DNA of 64,000 nucleotides, taken from an uncultured Actinomycetota bacterium (GTDB taxonomy: Bacteria; Actinomycetota; Actinomycetes; JAFAQI01). Position numbers and translations under genes: made by a program. Under the pieces are notes generated by a model, which worked only from the letters and a program-made list of their open reading frames with translations, was not told where the DNA came from and made no database searches. The stretch covers positions 84,993 to 148,992 of the forward strand of contig CAWFEP010000014.1 of the NCBI GenBank assembly GCA_963814845.1. The letters run 5' to 3'. Shown here piece by piece: positions 42,836 to 50,906 of the stretch (positions are counted from its first letter, which is position 1; every line of letters begins with the position of its first letter).

Positions 42836-45834
42836 GACCCACCGGACTGCAACGCCAGCGAGGCGAGGTCGGGAAGCCCGGTCTGCAGCACGGCTTCGAA
42901 CTCCACCGCCGGCCGGGCCGGCGACCAGGCGAACCCCTGGGCGAAGTCACATCCGAGCCCGCGAAGTATCTCGGCTTGCGCCGGTCGCTCAACACCTTCA
43001 GCAACGACTGCCATGCCCAGCTCATGGGCGAGCTCGACGACCTTCGCCACGATGATGCGATCCTCGGGCTGCTCCGGCAGGTCCGCAATCAGGGCGCGGT
43101 CGATCTTGATGATGTCCGCGGACATCCGCTTGAGATAGAGCAGGCTGCTGTATCCGCTGCCGAAGTCATCGATCGCGATCCGGACCCCGAGTCGTTTGAG
43201 CTCAGCGAGCACGCTGATGTTGGCGTCCTCCAGCAGATGCGTCTCCAGCACCTCGACACAGAGCCGGGACGGATCGATCGAGCTGCGCATCAGCAAGTCC
43301 TCGATCGTCGGCATCAGGTTGTCGGCAGTCAACTGCTGAGCGGAGAAGTTGACCGAGACGCTGAGCCGGCGCTCAGCCGGCCAGTGCGCGGCCGCCTCGA
43401 CGGCGGTATGCATCGTCCAGTCACCAAGCGGAACGATCAGCCCGGTGCTCTCAGCGAGCGGGAGAAACTCCCCCGGCAGCAACAATCCGCGAGTCGGGTG
43501 CTGCCAACGGATCAGCGCCTCACCGCCAGCCACCTGGCCAGTGCGCAGCGCGACAACCGGCTGGTAGAAGAGCCTGAGCTCGTCCCGGTCGAGCGCGACG
43601 CGCAACGCCTGCTCGGTCTCGAACCGCACCAACACACTGGTACGCAACGCGACGTCGAACACCTCGAATCTGGTCGTGCTCGCCTTCGCCCGATACATCG
43701 CCATGTCAGCGTCCTGCAGGATCGACGCCGGATCGCCAACCGGGTCGTCGACCAGCACGAGGCCGACACTCGCTCCGATCATGGCCTCGGCGCCGCCCAG
43801 GCTGAACGGGCGAGCCACCGCGATCTGCAGCCGGTCGACGACCTGAGCGGCCGCCGAGAGGTCCGCGATACCGGTCATCAGCACCGCGAACTCGTCACCG
43901 CCGAGCCGGGCGACCCGGTCACCAGGCCGCAGCGAGTGGGCGATGCGCTCGGCGGTCGCCACGAGCAGCTCGTCGCCGACCGCGTGACCGTGGTTGTCGT
44001 TCACCTGCTTGAAGCGGTCGAGATCGATGAACAGCACCGCGAACTGACCACCGTGCGCGGCCAGGTCTTGCAGCGCTTGGCCGAGCAGCTCGAGAAAGTA
44101 CGTGCGGTTGGGCAGGCCGGTCAGCGGATCCTGCTTCGCTTCCGCCTTGAGCCGGTCGGCGTCGGCAATCTTCGTCGTGACGTCTTCAAGGGTCGAGACG
44201 AAGCCAACGAGGTCGCCGTCCTTGACCATCCGCGCCGTCGATATCCGCAACCACCGTGGTCGATCGTCGTCGCCGATGTTGACGTCGATACCGTCGGTCG
44301 GCCCCTCGGCAGCTCCGAAGAGCTCCTGCACAAGACGTTCCTGGTCGCCCTCGGTGAAGCAGTCGAGCCAGCCGTGATCCACCAGGTCGTCGGCGGAGCG
44401 GCCGAGCAACTGGTAGAGGCGCTCGTTCCCGTACAGGTAGTGGCCGTCATCGTCGGTCTGCAGGATGCCCATGGGCGAGGCGACCGCAAGCGAGCGGAAG
44501 CGGCTCTCCGACGTCGTGAGCTCCGCGGTCCGTCGCTCGACCAGCTCGAGCGCGCTCTGCCGACCATGCAGGACCACACGAAGCAACATGAACGCCATGC
44601 CGGTGAACAGCAGGCCGAGCACAAGGACGAACAGCGACTCAGTCGTCGCCTCGCGGTTCGATCCGGCGTTCGAGGCATAGACCGTGATGCCCCATTCCCC
44701 GTCGGCGTTGAAGGTCTCGGTGTGGCTGACCACCGATCGAGTCGGGCGGTGGCCGTCCGAACCGACGATCGAGCCAGTGGTCTTGCCGAAGACGCTGGTC
44801 ACTTTCGAGGCTGCGCTCTGCGCCGGCGTGCTGTAGCCGATGTCCTGACGGGCAAGCGTCGCGCTCATCTCCGGATGCGCACGCAATGCTGCGCCGAGCA
44901 GCTTGTCGACGTCGAACAGGCCGCCGACCAGTCCGATCACCCGCGCTCGTCGCTGCGCCACCGTCGTCGGGACCTGGCCGCCGCGATAGACGGCTGCGAA
45001 GATCACTGCGGCTGAGCTAGAGCCGAGATTGACCGGGGTGACCTCCGACAGGCCGGTGTCGCGCGGCTTGGTGAGGAAGCCCGTCCCGCCGACGGCGCAG
45101 AGGTCGAGGCCGGTCGGCAACGTGTCCAGCACGCTGTGGCCGGTGCGGAGCCGGACGAAACAGTACGACGCCCGTGGCCCCGGCGGCACGATGGTGAAGG
45201 TCTTGGCGGCGGGTGAGCCGGTCGGCGGGTCGGCTTCGACTGTCGCTTCGTAGGACTTCAGCTGCTTCGCCGTCACGAGCTGTGCGTAGGCCAGACCGAG
45301 CGAGCCGGGATAGCGGTGTGTCACATCCAGATCGGCCGACCACCGCGTCCAAGCGTGGGATGTCATGTCCGGGCGCCGCGCGACCGCGGCCCGCATCGTT
45401 GCGGTCAGGTCATCAAGGCGAGCCAACGACAGCGCGACAGAGGAGGCAACGTCGGTGGCCTGGGCGGTGAAAACGTGCTGGGCCTGAGTGCGAACACTCG
45501 AGCGCCACTCCGCTGCGGCGACCACCGAGCCGCCAATCCCGACGAACAACAACAGCCAGGTGATTGCGCGCAGATGACCTGCCAGGCGCGGCGTCGCGCC
45601 CGCGTCTCGTCCGTCGGACGCAGGAGTCGTCGGGTGCCGGTTGAACAGAACGAGAACCTCCGTAACCGGCTGCTCCCGGGATGAAGACAGGTCACTGACT
45701 TCATCGGCACCCGCGCCCGGTGCCCGTAGGCATATTTCGGGGCAGATTGCCCGGCGATTACCCCGGCGATCTAGGCCCGGACTGCGAGGACGAGATAGCG
45801 ATCGGCGGCGTCGTCGACGAGCTCGCAGGTCCAA
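42832..45834 (-). CDS. CHASE-like sensor / PAS / GGDEF / EAL c-di-GMP protein (N-terminus uncertain)
   Basis: TM, a ~300-aa extracytoplasmic domain and a second TM are followed by PAS (…ESRFRSLAVASPMGILQTDDDGHYLYGNERLYQLLG…). GGDEF: RPGDRVARLGGDEFAVL. EAL: EALIRWQHP, DDFGSGYSSLLYLKRMSADIIKIDRALI. The only in-frame start upstream of TM1 is the TTG at 45832-45834, which overlaps the methyltransferase gene by 64 nt. Confidence 0.85.
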   Translation of the reverse strand: MDLRARRRRRRSLSRPRSPGLDRRGNRRAICPEICLRAPGAGADEVSDLSSSREQPVTEVLVLFNRHPTTPASDGRDAGATPRLAGHLRAITWLLLFVGIGGSVVAAAEWRSSVRTQAQHVFTAQATDVASSVALSLARLDDLTATMRAAVARRPDMTSHAWTRWSADLDVTHRYPGSLGLAYAQLVTAKQLKSYEATVEADPPTGSPAAKTFTIVPPGPRASYCFVRLRTGHSVLDTLPTGLDLCAVGGTGFLTKPRDTGLSEVTPVNLGSSSAAVIFAAVYRGGQVPTTVAQRRARVIGLVGGLFDVDKLLGAALRAHPEMSATLARQDIGYSTPAQSAASKVTSVFGKTTGSIVGSDGHRPTRSVVSHTETFNADGEWGITVYASNAGSNREATTESLFVLVLGLLFTGMAFMLLRVVLHGRQSALELVERRTAELTTSESRFRSLAVASPMGILQTDDDGHYLYGNERLYQLLGRSADDLVDHGWLDCFTEGDQERLVQELFGAAEGPTDGIDVNIGDDDRPRWLRISTARMVKDGDLVGFVSTLEDVTTKIADADRLKAEAKQDPLTGLPNRTYFLELLGQALQDLAAHGGQFAVLFIDLDRFKQVNDNHGHAVGDELLVATAERIAHSLRPGDRVARLGGDEFAVLMTGIADLSAAAQVVDRLQIAVARPFSLGGAEAMIGASVGLVLVDDPVGDPASILQDADMAMYRAKASTTRFEVFDVALRTSVLVRFETEQALRVALDRDELRLFYQPVVALRTGQVAGGEALIRWQHPTRGLLLPGEFLPLAESTGLIVPLGDWTMHTAVEAAAHWPAERRLSVSVNFSAQQLTADNLMPTIEDLLMRSSIDPSRLCVEVLETHLLEDANISVLAELKRLGVRIAIDDFGSGYSSLLYLKRMSADIIKIDRALIADLPEQPEDRIIVAKVVELAHELGMAVVAEGVERPAQAEILRGLGCDFAQGFAWSPARPAVEFEAVLQTGLPDLASLALQSGGS

Positions 45835-46391
45835 CCAGTGGCCGCCAGTAGCGGGCGAATCCGGGACTCGGTGCGGACATCGTCCGGATCGGGCTCATGG
45901 CCGTGGCGGTTGGCGAGTGCGGCGCGACCGATCGGGTGGAACAGTGCGAGCCGGGCTCCACTTCGGCAGATCCGCGCCAGCTCCCGGAGGGCCGCTGGCG
46001 GATCCGGCACGTGCGGCAACAAGCCGGCGGCAAAGACCGAATTGTGCGATTCGTCGCGGAACGGCAGGCGGACCGCATCGGCCATCACCAATACGCCCGA
46101 GGACCGACGCCCGAGTCGGGTCGCCGTCGCGAGCATTTCCGCGGTGACATCAACGCCAACAACGGTGCCGGTCGCGCCGACCGCCGCTCGCAGGAACGGC
46201 AACGCTCGGCCGGTGCCGCACGCGACGTCCAGCGCCACGCCGCCGGGCGCCGGCGCGAGCTCGGCGATGGCTTTCGCGTAGAGCGGATCGTCGTCGGGAA
46301 ACCGATCCTCCCAGCCTGCCGCACGCGGACCGAAGAACTCACGAGTTGACGTGAGCTGCGCCGACCGCTGGTCTGGGTCTGCGGCAGTCAT
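45771..46391 (-). CDS. Class I SAM-dependent methyltransferase
   Basis: …VALDVACGTGRALPFL…GTVVGVDVTAEML… is motif I. …VFAAGLLPHVPDP… is also present. Start set at MTAADPD (46391). Confidence 0.85.
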   Translation of the reverse strand: MTAADPDQRSAQLTSTREFFGPRAAGWEDRFPDDDPLYAKAIAELAPAPGGVALDVACGTGRALPFLRAAVGATGTVVGVDVTAEMLATATRLGRRSSGVLVMADAVRLPFRDESHNSVFAAGLLPHVPDPPAALRELARICRSGARLALFHPIGRAALANRHGHEPDPDDVRTESRIRPLLAATGWTCELVDDAADRYLVLAVRA

Positions 46392-46467
46392 CGCGATGTT
46401 CTGCCTCTCCGTCGGCTTCCAAGCGTCCACGCGGAAGGGATTGCGCCTGCCGCACGTTGCCGCAGTT

Positions 46468-47118
46468 ATGAACATCGACATTTGGTCGGATGTGGTCTGC
46501 CCATGGTGCTACCTCGGCAAGAAGCATTTCGAACACGCCCTTGAGTCCTTCGACGACCACGATGACCTCGTCGTCGTCTACCGATCCTTCGAGCTCGACC
46601 CTGGAGCCGAGCGCGGCCTCACGACGCCCGCCCGCGACCGACTGGCCAGCAAGTACGGCATGAGCATCGCTGAAGCCGACGCCGCCCAGCGTCAGATGGA
46701 GCAGCGGGCGGCCGCAGCCGGCCTCGAGTTCAACCTGACTGACCTCCGTAGTGGCAGCACCTACGACGCGCACCGCTTGCTCCAGTTCGCGAGGGAGCGA
46801 GGCCTTCAGCCCGAGCTGCTCGAGCGCCTGCACCGTGCCTACTTCACCGAGCAGCGCTCGATCTTCGACGCCGAGTCACTGACCGCGCTGGCGGCGGAGG
46901 TAGGTCTCGACAGCGACGAGGTGCGAGGCGTGCTCGTCGGCGAGGACTTCGCAACGGATGTCGTCGAGGATGAACAGACCGCTCGGTCGATCGGTGTCAC
47001 CGGCGTCCCGTTCTTCGTGATCGACCAGCGCTTTGCGGTCTCGGGCGCCCAACCCGCCGAGATCATCGTTCAAGCGCTCGAGCACGCCCAGAACGAGGCG
47101 GCGCGGAGAACCGGGTGA
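46468..47118 (+). CDS. DsbA-family (FrnE-like) thiol oxidoreductase
   Basis: MNIDIWSDVVCPWCYLGKKHFEHAL has the CPWC active site, with …GVTGVPFFVID… near the C-terminus. Confidence 0.9.
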   Translation: MNIDIWSDVVCPWCYLGKKHFEHALESFDDHDDLVVVYRSFELDPGAERGLTTPARDRLASKYGMSIAEADAAQRQMEQRAAAAGLEFNLTDLRSGSTYDAHRLLQFARERGLQPELLERLHRAYFTEQRSIFDAESLTALAAEVGLDSDEVRGVLVGEDFATDVVEDEQTARSIGVTGVPFFVIDQRFAVSGAQPAEIIVQALEHAQNEAARRTG

Positions 47119-47981
47119 AGATCCGGATCGCCATCGGGCTCGGCGCAACTGCGCTCGATGGCCAGGGGTTCGCCGAGGTGGTCGGCGCGCTTGCCGACAA
47201 TCACTTCGACTCGCTGTGGCTGTCCGAGGTGCTCACCGGTCCGGGCCCGGACCCGTTGGTCGCGCTGGCAACTGCCGCTCAACTCAACTCGCGGATCAAG
47301 CTCGGCACCACGTTGTTGCTGCCGGGCCGCAACGAGCTCCGGCTGGCGAAGTCGCTTGCCTCGCTCGACGTGCTTTCTAGCGGTCGGTTGTTGCTCACGT
47401 TCGTGCCGGGGCTTGCCCACGGCCCGGAGCGAGACGCCGTGGGAGTGCCGGTGGGCGAGCGTGCGGCCGCACTCGAACGAACCATTCCGCGACTGCGGCG
47501 CTGGTGGGCGGGTGAGGCCGTCGACGGCGTTCGCGTCTCGCCACAACCTGTCCAGACGCCACTCGAGATCTGGCTGGGTGGCCTGGTTGCCGCATCCTTG
47601 CGGCGTTGCGGGGAGATCGCCGATGGTTGGCTCGGCGCCGCCTGCACCCCAGCAGAGGCGAGCTCAGCGAAGACCACGATCGAGGCGGCGGCCACCGCGG
47701 CTGAGCGTGAGATCGACCCTGAGCACTTCGGCATGAGCATCGGCTACAGCCAACAGCCACTCGATGACCGCCAACTCGCCTCGATCGCCGCTCGCGCCCG
47801 AGGTCGCGACGTCGACCCACGGACCTTAGTGCCGGTGGGAGTTGATGCCGTACGGAGCTCCTTGCAGTCCTACATCGACGTCGGCATCTCGAAGTTCGTG
47901 CTGCGCCCCATCACGATTCGGACCACATGGCCCGAGGAGCTAGCCGAGCTCGCGGCCGCTGTCGGCGACCTCCAGACTTGA
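47115..47981 (+). CDS. LLM-class F420-dependent oxidoreductase
   Basis: [10 protein letters not shown]…[69 protein letters not shown]. The GTG start overlaps the dsbA-like stop (GTGA). Confidence 0.85.
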   Translation: MKIRIAIGLGATALDGQGFAEVVGALADNHFDSLWLSEVLTGPGPDPLVALATAAQLNSRIKLGTTLLLPGRNELRLAKSLASLDVLSSGRLLLTFVPGLAHGPERDAVGVPVGERAAALERTIPRLRRWWAGEAVDGVRVSPQPVQTPLEIWLGGLVAASLRRCGEIADGWLGAACTPAEASSAKTTIEAAATAAEREIDPEHFGMSIGYSQQPLDDRQLASIAARARGRDVDPRTLVPVGVDAVRSSLQSYIDVGISKFVLRPITIRTTWPEELAELAAAVGDLQT

Positions 47982-48026
47982 GCCCTGACGGCAAGACAAG
48001 CCCGACCACAGCAGAAAGGCACAACG

Positions 48027-49011
48027 GTGGACTACACCCGACTCGGCTCGACCGGCCTGGAGGTCTCGCGGATCTGCCTCGGCTGCATGAGCTACGGCGA
48101 CCCGGCCGCGGGGCAACCATGCGTGGTCGCTCGCACGAGGAGGAGAGCCGCCCGTTCTTCCGGCAGGCGCTCGAAGCCGGCATCAACTTCTTCGACACCG
48201 CCAACGTCTACTCGGCCGGGACCAGCGAGGAGATCACCGGCCGGGCGCTGCTCGAGCTGACTGCGCCGCGCGAGAATCGTGATCGCCACGAAGGTCCACG
48301 GCCGGATGCGGCCCGGGCCCGAACGGCGCGGGCCTGTCGCGCAAGGCGATCATGCACGAGATCGACGCCAGCCTGCGCCGGCTCGGCACCGACTACGTCG
48401 ACCTCTACCAGATCCATCGCTTGGACCCGCACACGCCGATCGAGGAGACGCTCGAGGCGCTGCACGACGTCGTCAAGGCCGGCAAGGCCCGCTACATCGG
48501 CGCGTCCTCGATGTACGCGTGGCAGTTCGCGAAGGCGCTGCTACGTCGCCGACGCTCACGGCTGGACGCGCTTCGTCACCATGCAGGACCACTACAACCT
48601 GCTCTACCGCGAGGAGGAGCGCGAGATGCTCCCGCTCTGCCGCGACCAGGGCATCGGCGTCATCCCGTGGAGCCCGCTGGCCCGCGGCCGGCTGACCCGG
48701 CCCTGGGACGACCACCACGACGCGGTCGGAGACCGACGAGTTCGGCCGCTCGCTCTACGGCGACGAGCGACCGCGCGATCGTCGACGCAGTCGGCGACGG
48801 TCGCCGAGCGCGCGCGGCATCACCGCGCGCCCAGGTCGCGCTGGCCTGGGTGCTCGCGCAACCCGGCGTCACCGCGCCGATCGTCGGCGCGACCAAAGCT
48901 GCACCACCTCGACGACGCGGTCGCCGCGCGTCGACGTCGACGCTCAGCGCGGACGAGATCGCGAGCCTGCAAGCGGCGTACCAACCCCACAATGTGGCCG
49001 GCTTCGTGTGA
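48027..49011 (+). pseudogene. Aldo/keto reductase, fragmented by at least five frameshifts
   Basis: Sense pieces in alternating frames:
- [29 protein letters not shown]
- [41 protein letters not shown]
- [10 protein letters not shown]
- [65 protein letters not shown]
- [53 protein letters not shown]
- [24 protein letters not shown]. Confidence 0.85.
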
Positions 49012-49015
49012 CTTA

Positions 49016-49100
49016 CGTTCGTATGTGACATAAGGGCTGCTATCGCAGCACCTATGTCACATACGAGTAGCTATAGCGACCGCTATGTGACATACGAACG
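49016..49100. promoter_or_regulatory. Putative operator array: three TATGT(G/C)ACATA palindromes with 31-bp centre-to-centre spacing
   Basis: Cores lie at 49022-49032, 49053-49063 and 49084-49094 (centres 49027, 49058 and 49089). The outer copies are part of a 17-bp inverted repeat, CGTTCGTATGTGACATA (49016-49032) / TATGTGACATACGAACG (49084-49100), with 16/17 matches. The array ends 18 nt before the GTG start of the LLM gene (RBS GAGGAGG). Confidence 0.6.
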
Positions 49101-49118
49101 GAAAGGCGAGGAGGACGC

Positions 49119-50480
49119 GTGAAGTGGGACGGTCGAGTGCCGCTGGCTGTGCTGGATCTTGCACCGGTCGCGACCGGCTCATCGGTCGGTGAGGCGTTGC
49201 AGGCCTCGATCTCCCTCGCCGCCCAAGTAGAGGCGCTGGGCTTCACCCGGTTCTGGGTCGCCGAGCACCACAACATGCCGGGCATCGCCAGCTCCTCGCC
49301 GCCGGTGCTGCTTGCCGCGATCGCGTCTCGCACCTCCACGATCCGGGTCGGCTCCGGCGGCGTGATGCTGCCGAACCACGCGCCGCTGGTCGTCGCCGAG
49401 CAGTTCGGAATGCTCGAGGCGTTGCACCCCGGGCGCGTCGATCTGGGCATCGGCCGCGCGCCCGGCACCGATCAACTCACCGCGTACGCACTGCGGCGTT
49501 CGGTCGAGGCACTGAGCGCCGACGAATTCCCGACCCAACTCACCGATCTGATGGGCTTCTTCAGCGGCCAGTGGCCGAGCGGTCACCTGATGTCCCGCGT
49601 CACCGCGGTGCCTGGCAAAGGCAACTCTCCCGCGCTGTGGCTGCTGGGCTCGAGCGGCTACAGCGCGCAGGTCGCCGCCACGCTCGGCCTGCCCTTCGCA
49701 TTCGCGCACCACTTCAGCCCCGCCAACACACTGCCCGCGCTCGAGCTCTACCGGTCGACCTTCCGGCCCTCGGAGGTTCTCGACGCGCCGTACGCGATGG
49801 TCTGCGCGTCCGTGCTGTGCGCCGACACCGACGAGCGGGCCCGGGAGCTCGCCGAACCGCCGGCGCTCGGCTTCCTCAAGCTTCGCGCCGGCCAGCCTTC
49901 AACGATGCCGACGCCGGCCGAGACAGCGGCGTACCCCTACTCCCCCGCCGAACGGGAGTTCATCGACGACCGGCTCTCGAGCCAGATGATCGGCGCGCCG
50001 CATACCGTACGAGCGCGGATCGATGAGCTGCTCGCGGCAACAGCCGCCGACGAGCTCATGATCACGACGACGACGTTTGACCCGGCTGACCGATCGCGTT
50101 CGTTCGAGCTAGTGGCAGCCCTGTGCACCGAGCGGACGCTGCGCTGCAGTCGTAGCCGGCCGCCCCGCCTAGTCGACGGCCGCGAGGAACATCCGCGAGC
50201 CGGGCGGCGCGATCTTGCCGTAGTCGGCGGCGGTCGCCTTGCCCTCGTCGCTGCCGAACGCGGCGTCGACCGCGGCCTGATCAGGGAAGTACAGCTCTGC
50301 CATCCGGTGATAGGTCGACTCACCGCCATCGAGTGTCGCCGCAAACCGCGAAGTCTCGGCCCGCTCCAGGCCCGGGATCGCCTCCGCAAGCGGCATGTGC
50401 ACGCCGAGGTAATGCTCGTCGAAGGCGCTCGGGTCGTCGGGCTGGGTGTAGAGAACCACAAGTTTCACCGTCATGGCTGA
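49119..50480 (+). CDS. LLM-class flavin-dependent oxidoreductase (MsnO8-like); 3' boundary doubtful
   Basis: …VPLAVLDLAPVATGSSVGEALQASISLAAQVEALGFTRFWVAEHHNMPGIASSSPPVLLAAIASRTSTIRVGSGGVMLPNHAPLVVAEQFGMLEALHPGRVDLGIGRAPG… Homologous sense ends at about …FELVAAL (~50.13 kb). The literal ORF then runs ~310 nt further, antisense through the EthD gene, so a stop is probably lost by a frameshift. Stops in the other two frames lie at ~50150 and ~50170. Confidence 0.8.
   Translation: MKWDGRVPLAVLDLAPVATGSSVGEALQASISLAAQVEALGFTRFWVAEHHNMPGIASSSPPVLLAAIASRTSTIRVGSGGVMLPNHAPLVVAEQFGMLEALHPGRVDLGIGRAPGTDQLTAYALRRSVEALSADEFPTQLTDLMGFFSGQWPSGHLMSRVTAVPGKGNSPALWLLGSSGYSAQVAATLGLPFAFAHHFSPANTLPALELYRSTFRPSEVLDAPYAMVCASVLCADTDERARELAEPPALGFLKLRAGQPSTMPTPAETAAYPYSPAEREFIDDRLSSQMIGAPHTVRARIDELLAATAADELMITTTTFDPADRSRSFELVAALCTERTLRCSRSRPPRLVDGREEHPRAGRRDLAVVGGGRLALVAAERGVDRGLIREVQLCHPVIGRLTAIECRRKPRSLGPLQARDRLRKRHVHAEVMLVEGARVVGLGVENHKFHRHG
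50169..50474 (-). CDS. EthD-family protein
   Basis: MTVKLVVLYTQPDDPSAFDEHYLGVHMPLAEAIPGLERAETSRF…YHRMAELYFPDQAAVDAAFGSDEGKA… is typical of the EthD domain. Start set at ATG 50472-50474. Confidence 0.8.
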   Translation of the reverse strand: MTVKLVVLYTQPDDPSAFDEHYLGVHMPLAEAIPGLERAETSRFAATLDGGESTYHRMAELYFPDQAAVDAAFGSDEGKATAADYGKIAPPGSRMFLAAVD

Positions 50481-50622
50481 ACCGTAGCGGGTCGCCATGG
50501 TGTAGCGCATTTCGCCAGGTGGGCTTGTTGGCCTATCGCAATGGGCCGTCCGGCGGAGTGCCTTGGGCGGTCTGCGTTGCGACACTTAAAAAGATCCAGT
50601 TGTGCGAGAGGGGGTGTTGTCT

Positions 50623-50709
50623 GTGCGTAGCATGTTGACTCGTTTTGTCATCGCTGCTGGCGCCGTTGTGACCGTTGTGACGGTCGGCGGGGCGGGCTGG
50701 AAATTCTGA
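50623..50709 (+). CDS. Candidate mini-ORF 1 (25-28 aa, hydrophobic, ends AGWKF)
   Basis: GAGAGGGG (50606-50614) lies 8-9 nt before GTG 50623. An in-frame ATG lies at 50632. Peptide (VRS)MLTRFVIAAGAVVTVVTVGGAGWKF* with stop at 50707-50709. Located in a lower-GC 320-bp intergenic region. Confidence 0.25.
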   Translation: MRSMLTRFVIAAGAVVTVVTVGGAGWKF

Positions 50710-50751
50710 CGGCAGCTTCCTGGTAACGCGGACACGAAAAGGGGGTTTGCC

Positions 50752-50835
50752 GTGACAGCGGTAACCACATCGACAGGGTCCGAGGAGCCTGTCGGCACGC
50801 GTGGATCGGTCATCCCGGCCGGACACAAGTTCTAA
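50752..50835 (+). CDS. Candidate mini-ORF 2 (27 aa, hydrophilic, ends AGHKF)
   Basis: AAAAGGGGG (50737-50745) lies 6 nt before GTG 50752. Peptide VTAVTTSTGSEEPVGTRGSVIPAGHKF* with stop at 50833-50835. Confidence 0.25.
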   Translation: MTAVTTSTGSEEPVGTRGSVIPAGHKF

Positions 50836-50906
50836 CCGAAAGTTGAACGGCGGTCCGTCGCCCACGCGGACACCGTCCACCCTCTCGCTAACGGGTAGGA
50901 ATCACG

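Noticed and set aside
50585-50906. c-di-GMP (GEMM-I/II) or other riboswitch upstream of the GGDEF-EAL gene
   Set aside because: I could not find the conserved GEMM cores (e.g. ACGCAAAGC / GGCAAACC-type segments) or any other riboswitch consensus I know. Only the two mini-ORFs and a short hairpin stand out.
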